Shown here piece after piece: positions 1-9,856 of a stretch of DNA of 64,000 bases (within the stretch, counting starts at the first letter, position 1; every line of letters starts with the position of its first letter). The DNA is from Xanthobacteraceae bacterium. GTDB taxonomy: Bacteria > Pseudomonadota > Alphaproteobacteria > Rhizobiales > Xanthobacteraceae. The notes beneath the pieces were generated by a model. The model saw nothing but the letters and a program-made list of their open reading frames with translations, did not search any database and was not told the origin of the DNA. The position numbers and the translations under genes were made by a program. The stretch covers positions 130-64,129 of the forward strand of contig DASSPI010000089.1 of the NCBI GenBank assembly GCA_035699705.1. Reading direction: 5' to 3'.

Positions 1-225
1 CACCGTCCAGCAGATTTAAGCGTTATGCCCACTATGAACAGGTCAAAGATAATTGAGTTTGTCGGACCGCGCGTTTAATCGGCAAAGACGGTGAGACGAC
101 CCGCAGAAAACGGAAGATAAAACATGAGGATCAAGCGCAGCGCCGGATCGCAAGATTCGATGTAGCTGGGAAATTCCGCTTTCGCGCGACGCTGATGCGT
201 AACTTGGTTCCTGCGCCGTCAAGCG

Positions 226-250
226 CGAAAATCGCGGGGAGTTCCCGCGC
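226..250 (-). terminator. Rho-independent terminator candidate downstream of the 253..744 gene
   Basis: On the minus strand, stem CGCGGG / loop AACTC / CCCGCG (233..249) is followed by ATTTTC, immediately after the stop codon at 253. Confidence 0.5.
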
Positions 251-252
251 CC

Positions 253-744
253 TCACATCTTCACCGTCACCTTGCGGTTCTCGCCGAGATTCGGCTGCTC
301 GCCGGTCACGCGCGCCTTGGCGAATTCGAAGGCGGCGACGGCGGAATTGGATGGGCCGTCCCACAGTTCGGCGCGCTCGGGAATAAGCCGCAGCACGCGC
401 ACATTCGGATCGTCCGGCCCGTCCGGCCACCAGACATTGTCGGTCTTCTTCCAGATCGTCCTGGCCTTGGCGCTATCGCGCGTCACCGCGGCGCGCCCGC
501 TGACCGAAAGGTAGGCCTTGTCCTTGTGATCGATCACCGCCAGGCAGACTTCCGGCGCGGCGGCGATCTCGTCGTCCTTGGCGCCGCGCACATCGACGAC
601 GAAACAGATCACGCCTTCTTCGCGGTCGGGGCGCGGCTCGAGCGGGCGCGCGCGCAAGCCCCCGCCAAAGCGCGTGGTCAGCATGCCGACGCCGGCCTGC
701 TCGACGATGTCCCACACGCGCGAGATAATTTCCTGCTCCGTCAT
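253..744 (-). CDS. Pyridoxamine 5'-phosphate oxidase-family protein (general stress protein 26-like)
   Basis: 163-aa ORF. N-terminal part (ISRVWDIVEQAGVGMLTT...GLRARPL) and the WWPDGPDDP..LRL segment are typical of the PNPOx-like/GSP26 fold family. High GC3. Confidence 0.6.
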   Translation of the reverse strand: MTEQEIISRVWDIVEQAGVGMLTTRFGGGLRARPLEPRPDREEGVICFVVDVRGAKDDEIAAAPEVCLAVIDHKDKAYLSVSGRAAVTRDSAKARTIWKKTDNVWWPDGPDDPNVRVLRLIPERAELWDGPSNSAVAAFEFAKARVTGEQPNLGENRKVTVKM

Positions 745-799
745 GCGGGGCTAACCGCGCAAACCGGCGCGCGGTTCCTGCGCGATCCGAAGCTGCGGC

Positions 800-1852
800 C
801 TATTTCTCGCGCGCGATGGTCGCGCGCACGACCTCGACGATGTCCTTCGGCGTCGCATAGAGCTTGCCGATCAGCGCCTGCACGTCCTCGCCCGACTGCG
901 GATTGATGCTGACGCGCATCTTCTTCGCATCGGCCAGCAGCTCGGGATCCTTCAGCGCCTGCATGAAGGCGTCGCGCAAGGCCGCGACGCGGTCGGCGGG
1001 AACCTCCGGCGCCATCACGTAAGGGCGGCCGAGCACGTTCTGGGCATAGAATAATTCCAGCGCCCGCCGTGCCGGCTCCTCCTCGGCAAGCTTGCCGGCC
1101 ACCGGAATGCCGCGCGCATTCAATTCGTCGTTGCCGGTCATGTCTTCCTGCAACAGCATCCGGAACCGGCCGGCGGTAAACAGGTCCGGGACCTGCGTCG
1201 AGAGCACCGACCAGGTCAGGCCGCAGGCGCCTTGCACCTCGTTGCGCTCGATCGCGAGCAGCACCTCGCGCGAGCCGCCATAGCCGCGCACGATCTTGAA
1301 CCTGGTGCCGAAGAAGCGATTGAGGATGGCCGGAAAGTCGACGGTCGAGCCGCCTTCGGCGGTGGCGCCGAGAATGATTTCCGTCGCCCGCGCGTCGGCC
1401 AGCGTCTTGGCCGGCGCGTCGTTGCGCACGACGCAGGTATAGACTTCGTTGCTCGCCGACCCGAGGGTCTGGAACTTGCTCGGATCGTGCCGGATGCGGG
1501 AGGCGTCGCCGAGCAGCGGCTCCAGCATCGCGCTGGCATAGATCGCGCCGATCTGCGTGCCGTCCTTCGGCAAGCTGTTGTAGACCGCGGCTGCCGCCAC
1601 ATTGCTGCCGGCGCCCGGCATGTTGCCCGGTACGACCGCCGGGTTGCCGGGGATGAATTTGCCGATGTGCCGCGCAATCAGCCGCGCATAGGTGTCATAG
1701 CCGCCGCCGGGCGTGGAGCCGATCACGATGGTGACGGTCTTGCCCCGATAAAACTCGGCCACGGCGCTCTGCGCCTCGGCTTGCGGCGGCACGCCCAGCA
1801 GGTACACGGCTCCGATCGAAAGACTCAGCAGAATCGCTCTTGCCGTCTTCAT
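800..1852 (-). CDS. Periplasmic solute-binding protein, Bug/TctC-like (tripartite tricarboxylate transporter receptor family)
   Basis: 350 aa with a signal peptide (..PPQAEAQ). Core VTIVIGSTPGGGYDTYARLIARHIGKFIPGNPAVVPGNMPGAGS matches the Bug-family fingerprint. Confidence 0.6.
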   Translation of the reverse strand: MKTARAILLSLSIGAVYLLGVPPQAEAQSAVAEFYRGKTVTIVIGSTPGGGYDTYARLIARHIGKFIPGNPAVVPGNMPGAGSNVAAAAVYNSLPKDGTQIGAIYASAMLEPLLGDASRIRHDPSKFQTLGSASNEVYTCVVRNDAPAKTLADARATEIILGATAEGGSTVDFPAILNRFFGTRFKIVRGYGGSREVLLAIERNEVQGACGLTWSVLSTQVPDLFTAGRFRMLLQEDMTGNDELNARGIPVAGKLAEEEPARRALELFYAQNVLGRPYVMAPEVPADRVAALRDAFMQALKDPELLADAKKMRVSINPQSGEDVQALIGKLYATPKDIVEVVRATIAREK

Positions 1853-1942
1853 GCAGCGGTATTCCCGATGTTGCGAGGCGCACGGACCGCCCGTTGCGGC
1901 GGCCCGCGTGAAGTGAATCGAGGGAAGGACCAGGCGACGCTG

Positions 1943-2407
1943 TCAGCGACGGCTCAGCCAGCCGTCGAGGCTGAAGCGCCCGGGGCCGGTCACGAACAGC
2001 GCCAACAGGCCGCCGGTCATGGTGACGTTCTTCCAGAACTGGGTGAACTGCTGGCCGCGCTGTGCTTCCGGGAAGGTCCAGAAGGTATGCGAGATCCAGG
2101 TCGCGGCGATGGTGAAGGCGATCAGCATCAGCGCGGCGTAGCGCGTGCCGATACCGAGCACCAGCGCCAGCCCGCCGATGAATTCGACGAAGGGCGCGAT
2201 CAGGCCGAGCCATTCCGGCACCCCGCGCGGGACCAGCCTCGCCGCAAAAGTGGCGGGGTCGAGCACCTTGCCAAATCCGCTTTGCAGATAGATCCAGCCG
2301 GCGAGGACGCGCGCCACCAGCAGCAGGAAATCCCGCCAGGCGATTGCGATGTTGTCAGCGTATGACAGATAGCGATGCGATGAGCGGTTCTCGCCAAATC
2401 CCAGCAT
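1943..2407 (-). CDS. DoxX-family membrane protein
   Basis: 154 aa with four predicted TM helices. RVLAGWIYLQSGFGKV ... FVEFIGGLALVLGIGTRYAAL is the DoxX signature. Confidence 0.7.
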   Translation of the reverse strand: MLGFGENRSSHRYLSYADNIAIAWRDFLLLVARVLAGWIYLQSGFGKVLDPATFAARLVPRGVPEWLGLIAPFVEFIGGLALVLGIGTRYAALMLIAFTIAATWISHTFWTFPEAQRGQQFTQFWKNVTMTGGLLALFVTGPGRFSLDGWLSRR

Positions 2408-2434
2408 GACGCCTCCTCGACAAGGTCGTTGTCA

Positions 2435-3214
2435 CTAGCCCTGCCGCTCGACCATCGCCTTCTTGATCTCGGCGATGGCCTTGGCGGGGTTCAGGTCCTT
2501 CGGACAGACCTTTGTGCAGTTCATGATCGTGTGGCAGCGGTAGAGCCGGAAGGGATCTTCCAGATCGTCGAGCCGCTCGCCGGTGCGCTCGTCGCGGCTG
2601 TCCTTGATCCAGCGCTGCGCCTGCAACAAGGCGGCCGGCCCCATGAAGCGGTCGCCGTTCCACCAATAGCTCGGGCAGGCGGTGGAGCAGCAGGCGCAGA
2701 GGATGCACTCGTAGAGCCCGTCGAGCTTGGCGCGGTCCTCGTGACTCTGCCGCCATTCCTTCTCCGGCGTCGGCGTCACGGTCTGCAGCCACGGCTGGGT
2801 GGCGGCGTGCTGGGCGTAGAAATTGGACAGATCGGGCACCAGGTCCTTCACCACCGGCATATGCGGCAGCGGATAGACCTTGATGTCGCCCTTGATGTCG
2901 TCCATCGCCTTGGTGCAGGCGAGCGTATTGGCGCCGTCGATATTCATCGAGCAGGAGCCGCAGATGCCTTCCCGGCAGGAGCGGCGGAAAGTCAGCGTCG
3001 GATCGATGTTGTTCTTGATCCAGAGCAGCGCGTCGAGAACCATCGGGCCGCAGTGGTCGCGATCGACCGTGTAGGTATCGAGACGCGGATTGCCCTCGCC
3101 CTCGGGGTCCCAGCGGTAGATCCGATACTGCGCGACGTTGTGCGCGCCGGCCGGCCGCGGCCAGGTTTTTCCTTCGGTGACCTTGGAGTTTTTCGGAAGC
3201 GTGAACTGGACCAT
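2435..3214 (-). CDS. sdhB: Succinate dehydrogenase iron-sulfur subunit
   Basis: 259 aa. Cys clusters [27 protein letters not shown] and [13 protein letters not shown]. Lies in an sdhCDAB context. Confidence 0.97.
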   Translation of the reverse strand: MVQFTLPKNSKVTEGKTWPRPAGAHNVAQYRIYRWDPEGEGNPRLDTYTVDRDHCGPMVLDALLWIKNNIDPTLTFRRSCREGICGSCSMNIDGANTLACTKAMDDIKGDIKVYPLPHMPVVKDLVPDLSNFYAQHAATQPWLQTVTPTPEKEWRQSHEDRAKLDGLYECILCACCSTACPSYWWNGDRFMGPAALLQAQRWIKDSRDERTGERLDDLEDPFRLYRCHTIMNCTKVCPKDLNPAKAIAEIKKAMVERQG

Positions 3215-3221
3215 GGGATCC

Positions 3222-3617
3222 CTAGGCTGAAGCTTTCTGCGGAGCGAGGAGCGAGACGAGTGCGGTCAATAGCGAACGGATGACAAAAGCGGCAAGCACC
3301 AGCAGCAACAGAATGCCGGTCGTTGCGATGAAGTAAGCCGCCAGCGCGGTATTGGCAAAATCCACGGCAATAGAGGTCCGGGCCATCTGGATAGCGCTGT
3401 CGAGAAGCTGGGCCACCATCTTGAGTACGTCGGCGAAGAGCGGAAGTTCCGGCACCGACATGCTGCCGGCCTGGCCCATCGCCAGCAGGATCAATCCGCC
3501 ATGGATCACCGCCAGCCAGAACCAGGCAACCAGCGCCGCCGCAAGCCGGTGGCTGTAAAAGCCGATCACAATCGCGGCGCCGGCGAGCACGGCATTGATG
3601 ACCAGAAATCTGTCCAT
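3222..3617 (-). CDS. Small hydrophobic membrane protein (131 aa, about 4 TM helices) inserted between sdhA and sdhB
   Basis: Internal ATG (3617) of track ORF 3222..4058; the upstream part of that ORF overlaps sdhA antisense/out of frame. Third-codon positions read by eye are mostly G/C. Sequence is strongly hydrophobic ([21 protein letters not shown]...). No family recognised. Confidence 0.55.
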   Translation of the reverse strand: MDRFLVINAVLAGAAIVIGFYSHRLAAALVAWFWLAVIHGGLILLAMGQAGSMSVPELPLFADVLKMVAQLLDSAIQMARTSIAVDFANTALAAYFIATTGILLLLVLAAFVIRSLLTALVSLLAPQKASA

Positions 3618-3685
3618 AGCAATTTCCTTCAGCCGCCACCGGCAGCAAAACGTCGGCTTCTTTGCTGGCCGGCGACGTTGCCGGC

Positions 3686-5518
3686 TCAATACACCCGTTC
3701 CTTTGGCGGAATGTAAGAAACGTCGTTGGTCAGCGTATAGGTATGCACGGGCCGGTAATCGACCGTCACCTTGCCGTTGGCGTCGAGCCAGGTCAGCGTG
3801 TGCTTCATCCAGTTCCCGTCGTCGCGCTTGGGATGATCCTCGCGCGCATGCGCGCCGCGGCTTTCGGTACGGTTGAGCGCGGCATCCATGGTGACCACCG
3901 CCTGGCCCATCAGGTTGTCGAGCTCCAGCGTCTCGATCAGGTCGGTATTCCAGATCATCGAGCGGTCGGTGACGCGCACTTCCGGCATCGCCGCCTGCAC
4001 TTCGTGAATGAGCTTGTGGCCTTCCTCCAGCACCGGCCCGGTGCGGAACACCGCGCAATTATTCTGCATCACCGTCTGCATGCGCATGCGCAGCTGCGCG
4101 GTCGGGGTGCTGCCGGAGGCATTGCGGAATTTATCCAGCCGGCCGAGCGCGAGATCGGCGGAATCCTTCGGCAGCTCCGGCTGGCTTTCGTTCGGCTGCA
4201 TCAGCTCGGCGCAGCGCAGGGCGGCGGCGCGGCCGAATACCACCAGATCGATCAGCGAATTGGAGCCGAGCCGGTTGGCGCCATGCACCGACACGCAGGC
4301 CGCTTCGCCCAGCGCCATCAGGCCGGGCACCACGGTATCGGCGTCGCCGTTCTTCTTGGTCAGCACCTCGCCGTGATAATTCGTGGCGATGCCGCCCATG
4401 TTGTAATGCACGGTCGGAATGACCGGGATCGGCTCCTTGGTGACGTCGACGCCGGCGAAGATGCGCGCAGATTCCGAAATTCCGGGCAGCCGTTCGCGCA
4501 GGATCTCCGGATCGAGATGGTCGAGATGCAGGAATATGTGATCCTTGTTCTTGCCCACGCCGCGGCCTTCGCGGATTTCGATCGTCATGGCGCGCGAGAC
4601 CACGTCGCGCGAGGCCAAATCCTTGGCTGACGGCGCATAGCGCTCCATGAAGCGCTCGCCTTCCGAATTGACCAGATAGGCGCCTTCGCCGCGCGTGCCT
4701 TCGGTGATCAGGCAGCCGGCGCCGTAGATGCCGGTGGGATGGAACTGCACGAATTCCATGTCCTGCAGCGGCAGGCCGGCGCGCAGGACCATCGCGTTGC
4801 CGTCGCCGGTGCAGATATGCGCCGAAGTGCAGGAGAAATAGGCGCGGCCGTAGCCGCCGGTCGCCAGGATCGTCATGTTGGCGCGGAAGCGGTGGATCGA
4901 GCCGTCTTCCATGTTCAGCGCCACCGCGCCGCGGCAGCGCCCGGCATCATCCATGATCAGGTCGATGGCGAAATATTCGATATAGAACTGCGCGGAATGG
5001 CGCAGCGACTGGCCATACATCGTGTGCAGCATGGCATGCCCGGTGCGGTCGGCGGCGGCACAGGTGCGTTGCGCGGTGCCTTTGCCGAAATGCGTGGTCA
5101 TGCCGCCGAACGGGCGCTGATAGATGCGGCCGTCGTCCTGCCGGCGCGAGAACGGCAGGCCCCAATGCTCCAGCTCGTAAACCGCGGCCGGCGCATGGCG
5201 GCACATATATTCGATCGCATCCTGGTCGCCGAGCCAGTCCGCTCCCTTCACGGTGTCGTACATGTGCCAGCGCCAGTCGTCCTCGCTCATGTTTCCGAGC
5301 GCCGCGGCGATGCCGCCCTGCGCCGCGACGGTATGCGAGCGGGTCGGAAAAACCTTGGTGATGCAGGCGGTGCGCAGGCCGGCCTCGGCGCAGCCCACCA
5401 CCGCGCGCAGGCCGGCGCCGCCGGCGCCCACCACCAACACGTCAAAGCTGTGGTCCTCGATCGGATAAGCGCGGCCATTTACCGCCGGGCTGCCCGTCGA
5501 CGATCCGTTACCCGCCAT
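3686..5518 (-). CDS. sdhA: Succinate dehydrogenase flavoprotein subunit
   Basis: 610 aa. FAD-binding N-terminus [14 protein letters not shown], the [10 protein letters not shown] covalent-FAD histidine motif, and an ..[12 protein letters not shown].. C-terminal domain. Confidence 0.98.
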   Translation of the reverse strand: MAGNGSSTGSPAVNGRAYPIEDHSFDVLVVGAGGAGLRAVVGCAEAGLRTACITKVFPTRSHTVAAQGGIAAALGNMSEDDWRWHMYDTVKGADWLGDQDAIEYMCRHAPAAVYELEHWGLPFSRRQDDGRIYQRPFGGMTTHFGKGTAQRTCAAADRTGHAMLHTMYGQSLRHSAQFYIEYFAIDLIMDDAGRCRGAVALNMEDGSIHRFRANMTILATGGYGRAYFSCTSAHICTGDGNAMVLRAGLPLQDMEFVQFHPTGIYGAGCLITEGTRGEGAYLVNSEGERFMERYAPSAKDLASRDVVSRAMTIEIREGRGVGKNKDHIFLHLDHLDPEILRERLPGISESARIFAGVDVTKEPIPVIPTVHYNMGGIATNYHGEVLTKKNGDADTVVPGLMALGEAACVSVHGANRLGSNSLIDLVVFGRAAALRCAELMQPNESQPELPKDSADLALGRLDKFRNASGSTPTAQLRMRMQTVMQNNCAVFRTGPVLEEGHKLIHEVQAAMPEVRVTDRSMIWNTDLIETLELDNLMGQAVVTMDAALNRTESRGAHAREDHPKRDDGNWMKHTLTWLDANGKVTVDYRPVHTYTLTNDVSYIPPKERVY

Positions 5519-5521
5519 GCT

Positions 5522-5917
5522 TCACACTCCGAATGACAATTTGAGAATGGCGTAGACCGACGCGAGCGCCGCCGCCGCGCAGAAGAAAGTATTGGCCATC
5601 AGGGACGAGAGCTTGGGCACGTCGTCATGCACGTAATCTTCGATGATCACCTGCATGCCGAGCCACATGTGATAGATGCTGTTGACGATGAAGAGCAGCA
5701 GCAGGATCGCAACCAGCGGCGAACTGAGAATCTGCACCACCGCTGCGTGATTGCGCCCGAGCACGCTCGCGACGATCACGAAGAAGGCTATGGTCAGCGG
5801 GATGGCGGCGACTGCGGTGACTCGCTCCTGCCAGAAATGCTTGGTGCCCGACCGCGCCGAGCCCAGGCCGCGGACGCGGCCCATCGGCGTGCGGATGTCG
5901 AAATCGTCGGGCTTCAT
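5522..5917 (-). CDS. sdhD: Succinate dehydrogenase hydrophobic membrane anchor subunit
   Basis: 131 aa from the internal ATG MKPDDFDIRTPMGRVRGLGSARSGTKHFWQERVTA... The ATGA start/stop overlaps sdhC by 4 nt. Confidence 0.9.
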   Translation of the reverse strand: MKPDDFDIRTPMGRVRGLGSARSGTKHFWQERVTAVAAIPLTIAFFVIVASVLGRNHAAVVQILSSPLVAILLLLFIVNSIYHMWLGMQVIIEDYVHDDVPKLSSLMANTFFCAAAALASVYAILKLSFGV

Positions 5918-6321
5918 CGCGGCCCCACCACCAGAAGACCGACCGCCCAGAGCAGGACGGTCAGGAAGATCGAGCCGATGATGGTCGCGCGCGCCAGCCA
6001 TTCGCGCTCCTGCGCGCCGAAGCCGCGGCCGGTATCCCAGATCAGATGGCGGATGCCGCCGAGCATGTGGTGGATCAGCGCCCAGGTATAACCGAACAGC
6101 ACCAGGCGGCCGATGATCGAGCCGAAGAAGCCTTCCACCGCGGCATAGGCATTCGGCCCCGAGGAAGCGGCGATCAGCCACCAGGCAATCAGCAGCACGC
6201 CGAGATAGAGGCCCATCCCGGTGATGCGATGCACGACGGACATCGTCATCGTCAGCGTCGGGCGATAGATTTGGAGATGCGGCGACAGCGGCCTTGGGCG
6301 GGGGATCGGGCTCCCGGTCAT
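5914..6321 (-). CDS. sdhC: Succinate dehydrogenase cytochrome b556 subunit
   Basis: 135 aa. RPLSPHLQIYRPTLTMTMSVVHRITG is the SdhC signature. First gene of the operon. Confidence 0.93.
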   Translation of the reverse strand: MTGSPIPRPRPLSPHLQIYRPTLTMTMSVVHRITGMGLYLGVLLIAWWLIAASSGPNAYAAVEGFFGSIIGRLVLFGYTWALIHHMLGGIRHLIWDTGRGFGAQEREWLARATIIGSIFLTVLLWAVGLLVVGPR

Positions 6322-6506
6322 CGATCAGAACCTCGTTGTGCGGCCCCATCCATAAGCAGGCCGGTGGCCGCGCGCAATGCCATTTGCGCATGGCAGCAAA
6401 GGCACGACGGCTTGTATTTTGCATGCCTGCGGGCGTTTGGCGCCAGCCGGTCTTGGTTGCTCGGGGACTTCAGCAAATTCCGGTGTTCGGATCGCGCGCC
6501 GGCGAT

Positions 6507-6532
6507 GTAACCGCGGGCCGCTCCGTCGCGAA
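6507..6532 (+). promoter_or_regulatory. ECF sigma-F (ECF16)-type promoter motif GTAACC-N16-CGAA upstream of the sigma factor gene
   Basis: GTAACC (6507-6512) + 16 nt + CGAA (6529-6532). The same architecture recurs at 7944. It matches the sigma-F motif reported for Caulobacter (recalled, not checked). Confidence 0.6.
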
Positions 6533-6678
6533 CAACTCGGGAGGACCGAATTCTGGCTGCCGGGTGGCAAATGCGCCGCAAGACCATGCTCGCCGATGCG
6601 GCCGCTTTCATCCCCTACTCGCGCGCTCCCGTGGAGCGTATGCTGGTCTCCCCCGCAAGGACAGGTTCCAGGCGCCGC

Positions 6679-7260
6679 ATGGCCATCGCCGAGCAGAAGC
6701 CGACCGCCGACGATGCACGCCGCTCCGCCTTGATGGCGGCGGCTCAGGCCGGCGACAAGACGGCCTATCAGACGCTGCTGCGCGATTGCGTGCCGCTGAT
6801 CCGGGCGATCGCCCGGCGGCAGGGCGTCGGCGCCGATCAGGTGGACGACGTGGTGCAGGAGGTGCTGCTCACCATCCACCGCGCCCGGCAGACGTACGAC
6901 CCGAATCGCTCCTTCACCGCCTGGCTGCGGGTGATCGCCGAACGGCGCGCGATCGACCTGTTGCGTCAAAGCGGGCGCCGCGGCGCGCGCGAATTGCATG
7001 CGCCGATCGCCTTTGAAAATTATCCGGACGAGACGGCCGATCCCGCCGGCGGGCTGCAGCAGGCGGACGACGGCGGCCGCGTCAGTCAGGCGCTTGCGTC
7101 ATTGCCGCCACGGCAGCGCGAGGCGGTGCAATATCTGGTGCTGAACGAACAATCGCTGGCCGAAGCGTCCGCTTTGACCCGCCGGAGCAAAGGTTCGCTG
7201 AAGGTCAATCTGCATCGCGCCCTGAAAGCCCTGCGTGGCAGCGTAGAGCGCGAAGGATAG
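6679..7260 (+). CDS. sigF: ECF RNA polymerase sigma factor, SigF/EcfF-like
   Basis: Sigma-70 region 2 (VDDVVQEVLLTIHRARQTYDPNRSFTAWLRVIAERRAIDLLR) and region 4 (LPPRQREAVQYLVLNEQSLAEASALTRRSKGSLKVNLHRALKALR). Start uncertain: in-frame alternatives at 6571 and 6640. Confidence 0.9.
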   Translation: MAIAEQKPTADDARRSALMAAAQAGDKTAYQTLLRDCVPLIRAIARRQGVGADQVDDVVQEVLLTIHRARQTYDPNRSFTAWLRVIAERRAIDLLRQSGRRGARELHAPIAFENYPDETADPAGGLQQADDGGRVSQALASLPPRQREAVQYLVLNEQSLAEASALTRRSKGSLKVNLHRALKALRGSVEREG

Positions 7261-7263
7261 GAA

Positions 7264-7947
7264 ATGAGCAACGCTATGCCGCAAGACGCCCCGCACGACC
7301 GGCTCATCGAGGGCCTGGCGTCCGATTTGCGCCCGGTGCGGCCGCTGCCGTCGCCCGCCAGGCGCGCCATGATCTGGCTGGGCTTTGTCGTCGCTGCCGG
7401 GCTGTTGCTGAGCCTGATCGCCGATCTGCCCGCTTTCATGCAACGCTTCACGGCGTCACCCGATATGTGGATGGCGATGCTTGGCTCCGCGCTGACCGCG
7501 CTGCTCGCGGCCATCGCCGCCTTCAAGCTCAGCTTGCCGGACAGTGCGCGCGCCTGGGCCTGGCTGCCGCTGCCGGCCGTGGTGCTGTGGATCGCCGCCA
7601 GCGGACTCGGCTGCCTGCGGAATGTCGTGCTGCCGGGCACCTACGTCCCGCCGCTGGGCGAAACCATGCAGTGCCTTGCGATCATCGTGGCGCTCTCGGT
7701 GCCGTTCTCGCTCCTGATGTTCGCCATGCTGCGCGAGGCCTTTTCGCTGCTGCCCGGCCTGACCGCGACGATCGCGGGACTGGCGGTGGCGGCGGCCTCG
7801 GCCACCTTGCTGAACCTGTTCCATCCCTTCGATGCCGCCGTCGTTGACCTGTTGGTGCATGCCTTCGCCGTGGCGCTGGTGGTGGTGGTGAGCCGCGCCT
7901 ATGGCCGCCGCCTGTGGGCTTTCACGAATCTTTCCAAAGCCGCGTAA
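7264..7947 (+). CDS. nrsF: NrsF-family (DUF1109) membrane anti-sigma-F factor
   Basis: 227 aa starting 4 nt after the sigma gene. N-terminus HDRLIEGLASDLRPVRPL followed by six hydrophobic helices is typical of NrsF/OsrA. Confidence 0.85.
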   Translation: MSNAMPQDAPHDRLIEGLASDLRPVRPLPSPARRAMIWLGFVVAAGLLLSLIADLPAFMQRFTASPDMWMAMLGSALTALLAAIAAFKLSLPDSARAWAWLPLPAVVLWIAASGLGCLRNVVLPGTYVPPLGETMQCLAIIVALSVPFSLLMFAMLREAFSLLPGLTATIAGLAVAAASATLLNLFHPFDAAVVDLLVHAFAVALVVVVSRAYGRRLWAFTNLSKAA

Positions 7948-7970
7948 CCCGCGTGCGCTCCGGCGCGAAT
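7944..7970 (+). promoter_or_regulatory. Second sigma-F-type promoter motif GTAACC-N16-CGAAT
   Basis: GTAACC (7944-7949, overlapping the nrsF TAA stop) + 16 nt + CGAAT (7966-7970), about 50 nt upstream of the Met-rich ORF ATG at 8020. Confidence 0.6.
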
Positions 7971-8019
7971 GCGGTTCGATGGGAGCCTGCAACCCATCGT
8001 CGCTTTGGAGGAAACCGCT

Positions 8020-8253
8020 ATGAACAAATCCCTGATGCTCCCGCTCGCCATGGCCATGTGCATCGCGCTCGCGCCGGCGGTCTTTGCCCAGACCATGGCG
8101 CCGCAGGGCTCCAGCATGTCGAAGCCCGACGCGATGGCGAAGCCGGACACGATGGGCAAAACCGACGGCATGAAGAAGGACGAGACGGCCGAGGGGAAGA
8201 TGAAGAAAGACGAGAAGGCCGACGCGATGAAGAAGGACGGCATGGCGAAGTAA
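8020..8253 (+). CDS. Secreted methionine-rich pentapeptide (MXKDX) repeat protein, MrpX-like
   Basis: Signal peptide MNKSLMLPLAMAMCIALAPAVFAQ. The 54-aa mature part has 8 Met in repeats (DAMAKPD, TMGKTD, GMKKDE, KMKKDE, AMKKDG). SD GGAGGA lies upstream. Confidence 0.75.
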   Translation: MNKSLMLPLAMAMCIALAPAVFAQTMAPQGSSMSKPDAMAKPDTMGKTDGMKKDETAEGKMKKDEKADAMKKDGMAK

Positions 8254-8368
8254 CGCTGCCCCCCGTCGGGTCCGCCAATGCATAAACTTGGCGGGCCCGA
8301 TTTGCCTTTTGCATCTATTGCGACGCCGGGCCGTATATCTGGTAAAATCAGGCTTCGAGGACCGGTCG

Positions 8369-8995
8369 ATGGCATCGTTGGATATCAGCAGCACCCATTC
8401 GACACCGCGCGAGAGCGTCATTCATCCGCGCTGGGTGAGGATCACCCATTGGATCAATGCCGTCGCCATCGTCGTGATGATCGGCTCGGGATGGCAGATT
8501 TACAACGCCTCGCCGCTGTTTCCCTTCACCTTCCCGCGCAGCATCACCATCGGCGGCTGGCTGGCCGGGGCCATCATGTGGCATTTCGCGGCGATGTGGG
8601 TGCTGGTGATCAACGGCATCGTCTATGTGACGCTCGGCATCGTCACCGGCCGCTTCCGCCGCAAATTGCTGCCGATCTATCCATCCGAAGTCGTGGCCGA
8701 CGTGAAGGCCGCGCTCGGCGGCCGTCTCGCCCATGACGATCTCTCGGTCTACAACGCGGCGCAGCGGCTGCTGTACCTCGGCGTCATCCTTGCCGGCGTG
8801 CTGGTCGTGCTGACGGGGCTGTCGATCTGGAAGCCGATACAGCTGCAGGAGTTGGCCGCGCTGTTCGGCGGTTACGAAGCTGCGCGCTATCTGCATTTCC
8901 TCGCCATGGCGATCATCGTCGGCTTCATCGTGATCCATGTCGTGATGGCGCTGCTGGTGCCGAAGAGCCTGCGCGCGATGATCCTGGGGAAGTGA
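8369..8995 (+). CDS. Membrane b-type cytochrome (Ni/Fe-hydrogenase b-type cytochrome / PhsC-like family)
   Basis: 208 aa from an internal ATG. RWVRITHWINAVAIVVMIGSGWQI, four TM helices with conserved His. The 8288 start is also possible. Confidence 0.75.
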   Translation: MASLDISSTHSTPRESVIHPRWVRITHWINAVAIVVMIGSGWQIYNASPLFPFTFPRSITIGGWLAGAIMWHFAAMWVLVINGIVYVTLGIVTGRFRRKLLPIYPSEVVADVKAALGGRLAHDDLSVYNAAQRLLYLGVILAGVLVVLTGLSIWKPIQLQELAALFGGYEAARYLHFLAMAIIVGFIVIHVVMALLVPKSLRAMILGK

Positions 8996-9004
8996 GAAGT
9001 TTCG

Positions 9005-9781
9005 ATGGCCCGCATTCGCAAACCCATACCCGGCGTCGACAAGCAGCTGCTGATCAGGGACGCCGCGAAGCTGCTGCCCGATCCGACGCGGCGGCTGTTC
9101 CTGCGCGGCGCCGGAAGCCTCGGCGCGCTCACTTTTCTCACCGGCTGCGACATCCTCGATGGCGCGGGCGCAGAGCGCGTGCTGAGGAAGATTTCCACCT
9201 TCAATGACGGCGCGCAGGCGCTGCTGTTCAATCCCAACAAGCTGGCGCCGACTTATCCCGAGAGCATGATCGCGCGGCCTTTCCCGTTCAACGCCTATTA
9301 CAGCCTGGACGAAGCGCCCGAGGTCGACGGGACTTCCTACAAATTGCAGGTCGGCGGCCTGGTGGAGAACAAGAAATCCTGGACGCTGGAGGAGCTTTAC
9401 GCGCTGCCGCAGGAAAAGCAGGTCACGCGCCACATCTGCGTCGAAGGCTGGAGTGCGATCGGCAGCTGGACCGGCGTGCGCCTGAACGAATTCCTCAGGC
9501 GCGTCGGCGCGGACACCCGCGCGAAATATGTCTGGTTCCGCTGCGCCGAGGGCTATTCCACCACCATCGACATGCCGACCGCGCTGCATCCGCAGACGCA
9601 GATGACGTTCAAGTTCGACAACGAGATCCTGCCGCGCGCCTACGGCTTCCCGATGAAGATCCGCATGCCCACGAAACTCGGCTTCAAGAATCCCAAATAC
9701 GTGATGGAAATGGCCGTCACCAACGAGGACCTGGGCGGATATTGGGAAGACCAGGGCTACAACTGGTTCAGCGGGCTGTAA
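9005..9781 (+). CDS. Molybdopterin-dependent oxidoreductase (sulfite-oxidase fold, YedY/MsrP-like), Tat signal
   Basis: 258 aa. Twin-arginine motif TRRLFLRGAGSLGALTFLTGC (also lipobox-like). Core HICVEGWSAIGSWTGVRL and GFPMKIRMPTKLGFKNPKYV is typical of oxidoreductase molybdopterin-binding domains. Confidence 0.8.
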   Translation: MARIRKPIPGVDKQLLIRDAAKLLPDPTRRLFLRGAGSLGALTFLTGCDILDGAGAERVLRKISTFNDGAQALLFNPNKLAPTYPESMIARPFPFNAYYSLDEAPEVDGTSYKLQVGGLVENKKSWTLEELYALPQEKQVTRHICVEGWSAIGSWTGVRLNEFLRRVGADTRAKYVWFRCAEGYSTTIDMPTALHPQTQMTFKFDNEILPRAYGFPMKIRMPTKLGFKNPKYVMEMAVTNEDLGGYWEDQGYNWFSGL

Positions 9782-9856
9782 GCCTTTGATCTACGACAAT
9801 GACGGCGCTCCCGGTGCGTCCGATTCTTGCCAAGATTGGTCGTCAGGCAAGAAGAA

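Noticed and set aside
1-130. Low-GC stretch at the left edge of the window
   Set aside because: It is too short and truncated by the window edge to interpret. I saw no ORF, repeat or RNA structure that I could support.
3618-4058. N-terminal 147 codons of track ORF 3222..4058
   Set aside because: This part overlaps sdhA on the same strand out of frame and is Arg/Gly/Ala-rich with no hydrophobic character. Only the portion after the ATG at 3617, which lies in the sdhA-sdhB gap, looks coding.
7998-8027. A third sigma-F-like motif GCAACC-N16-GAAA just before the Met-rich ORF
   Set aside because: It has mismatches in both elements, and it overlaps the GGAGGA ribosome-binding site and the ATG. 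The well-formed motif at 7944 already explains transcription.
9786-9799. FixK/FNR-like box TTGATctacGACAA upstream of the cytochrome b561 gene
   Set aside because: The second half-site matches only 3 of 5 positions of ATCAA. A single degenerate hit is insufficient.
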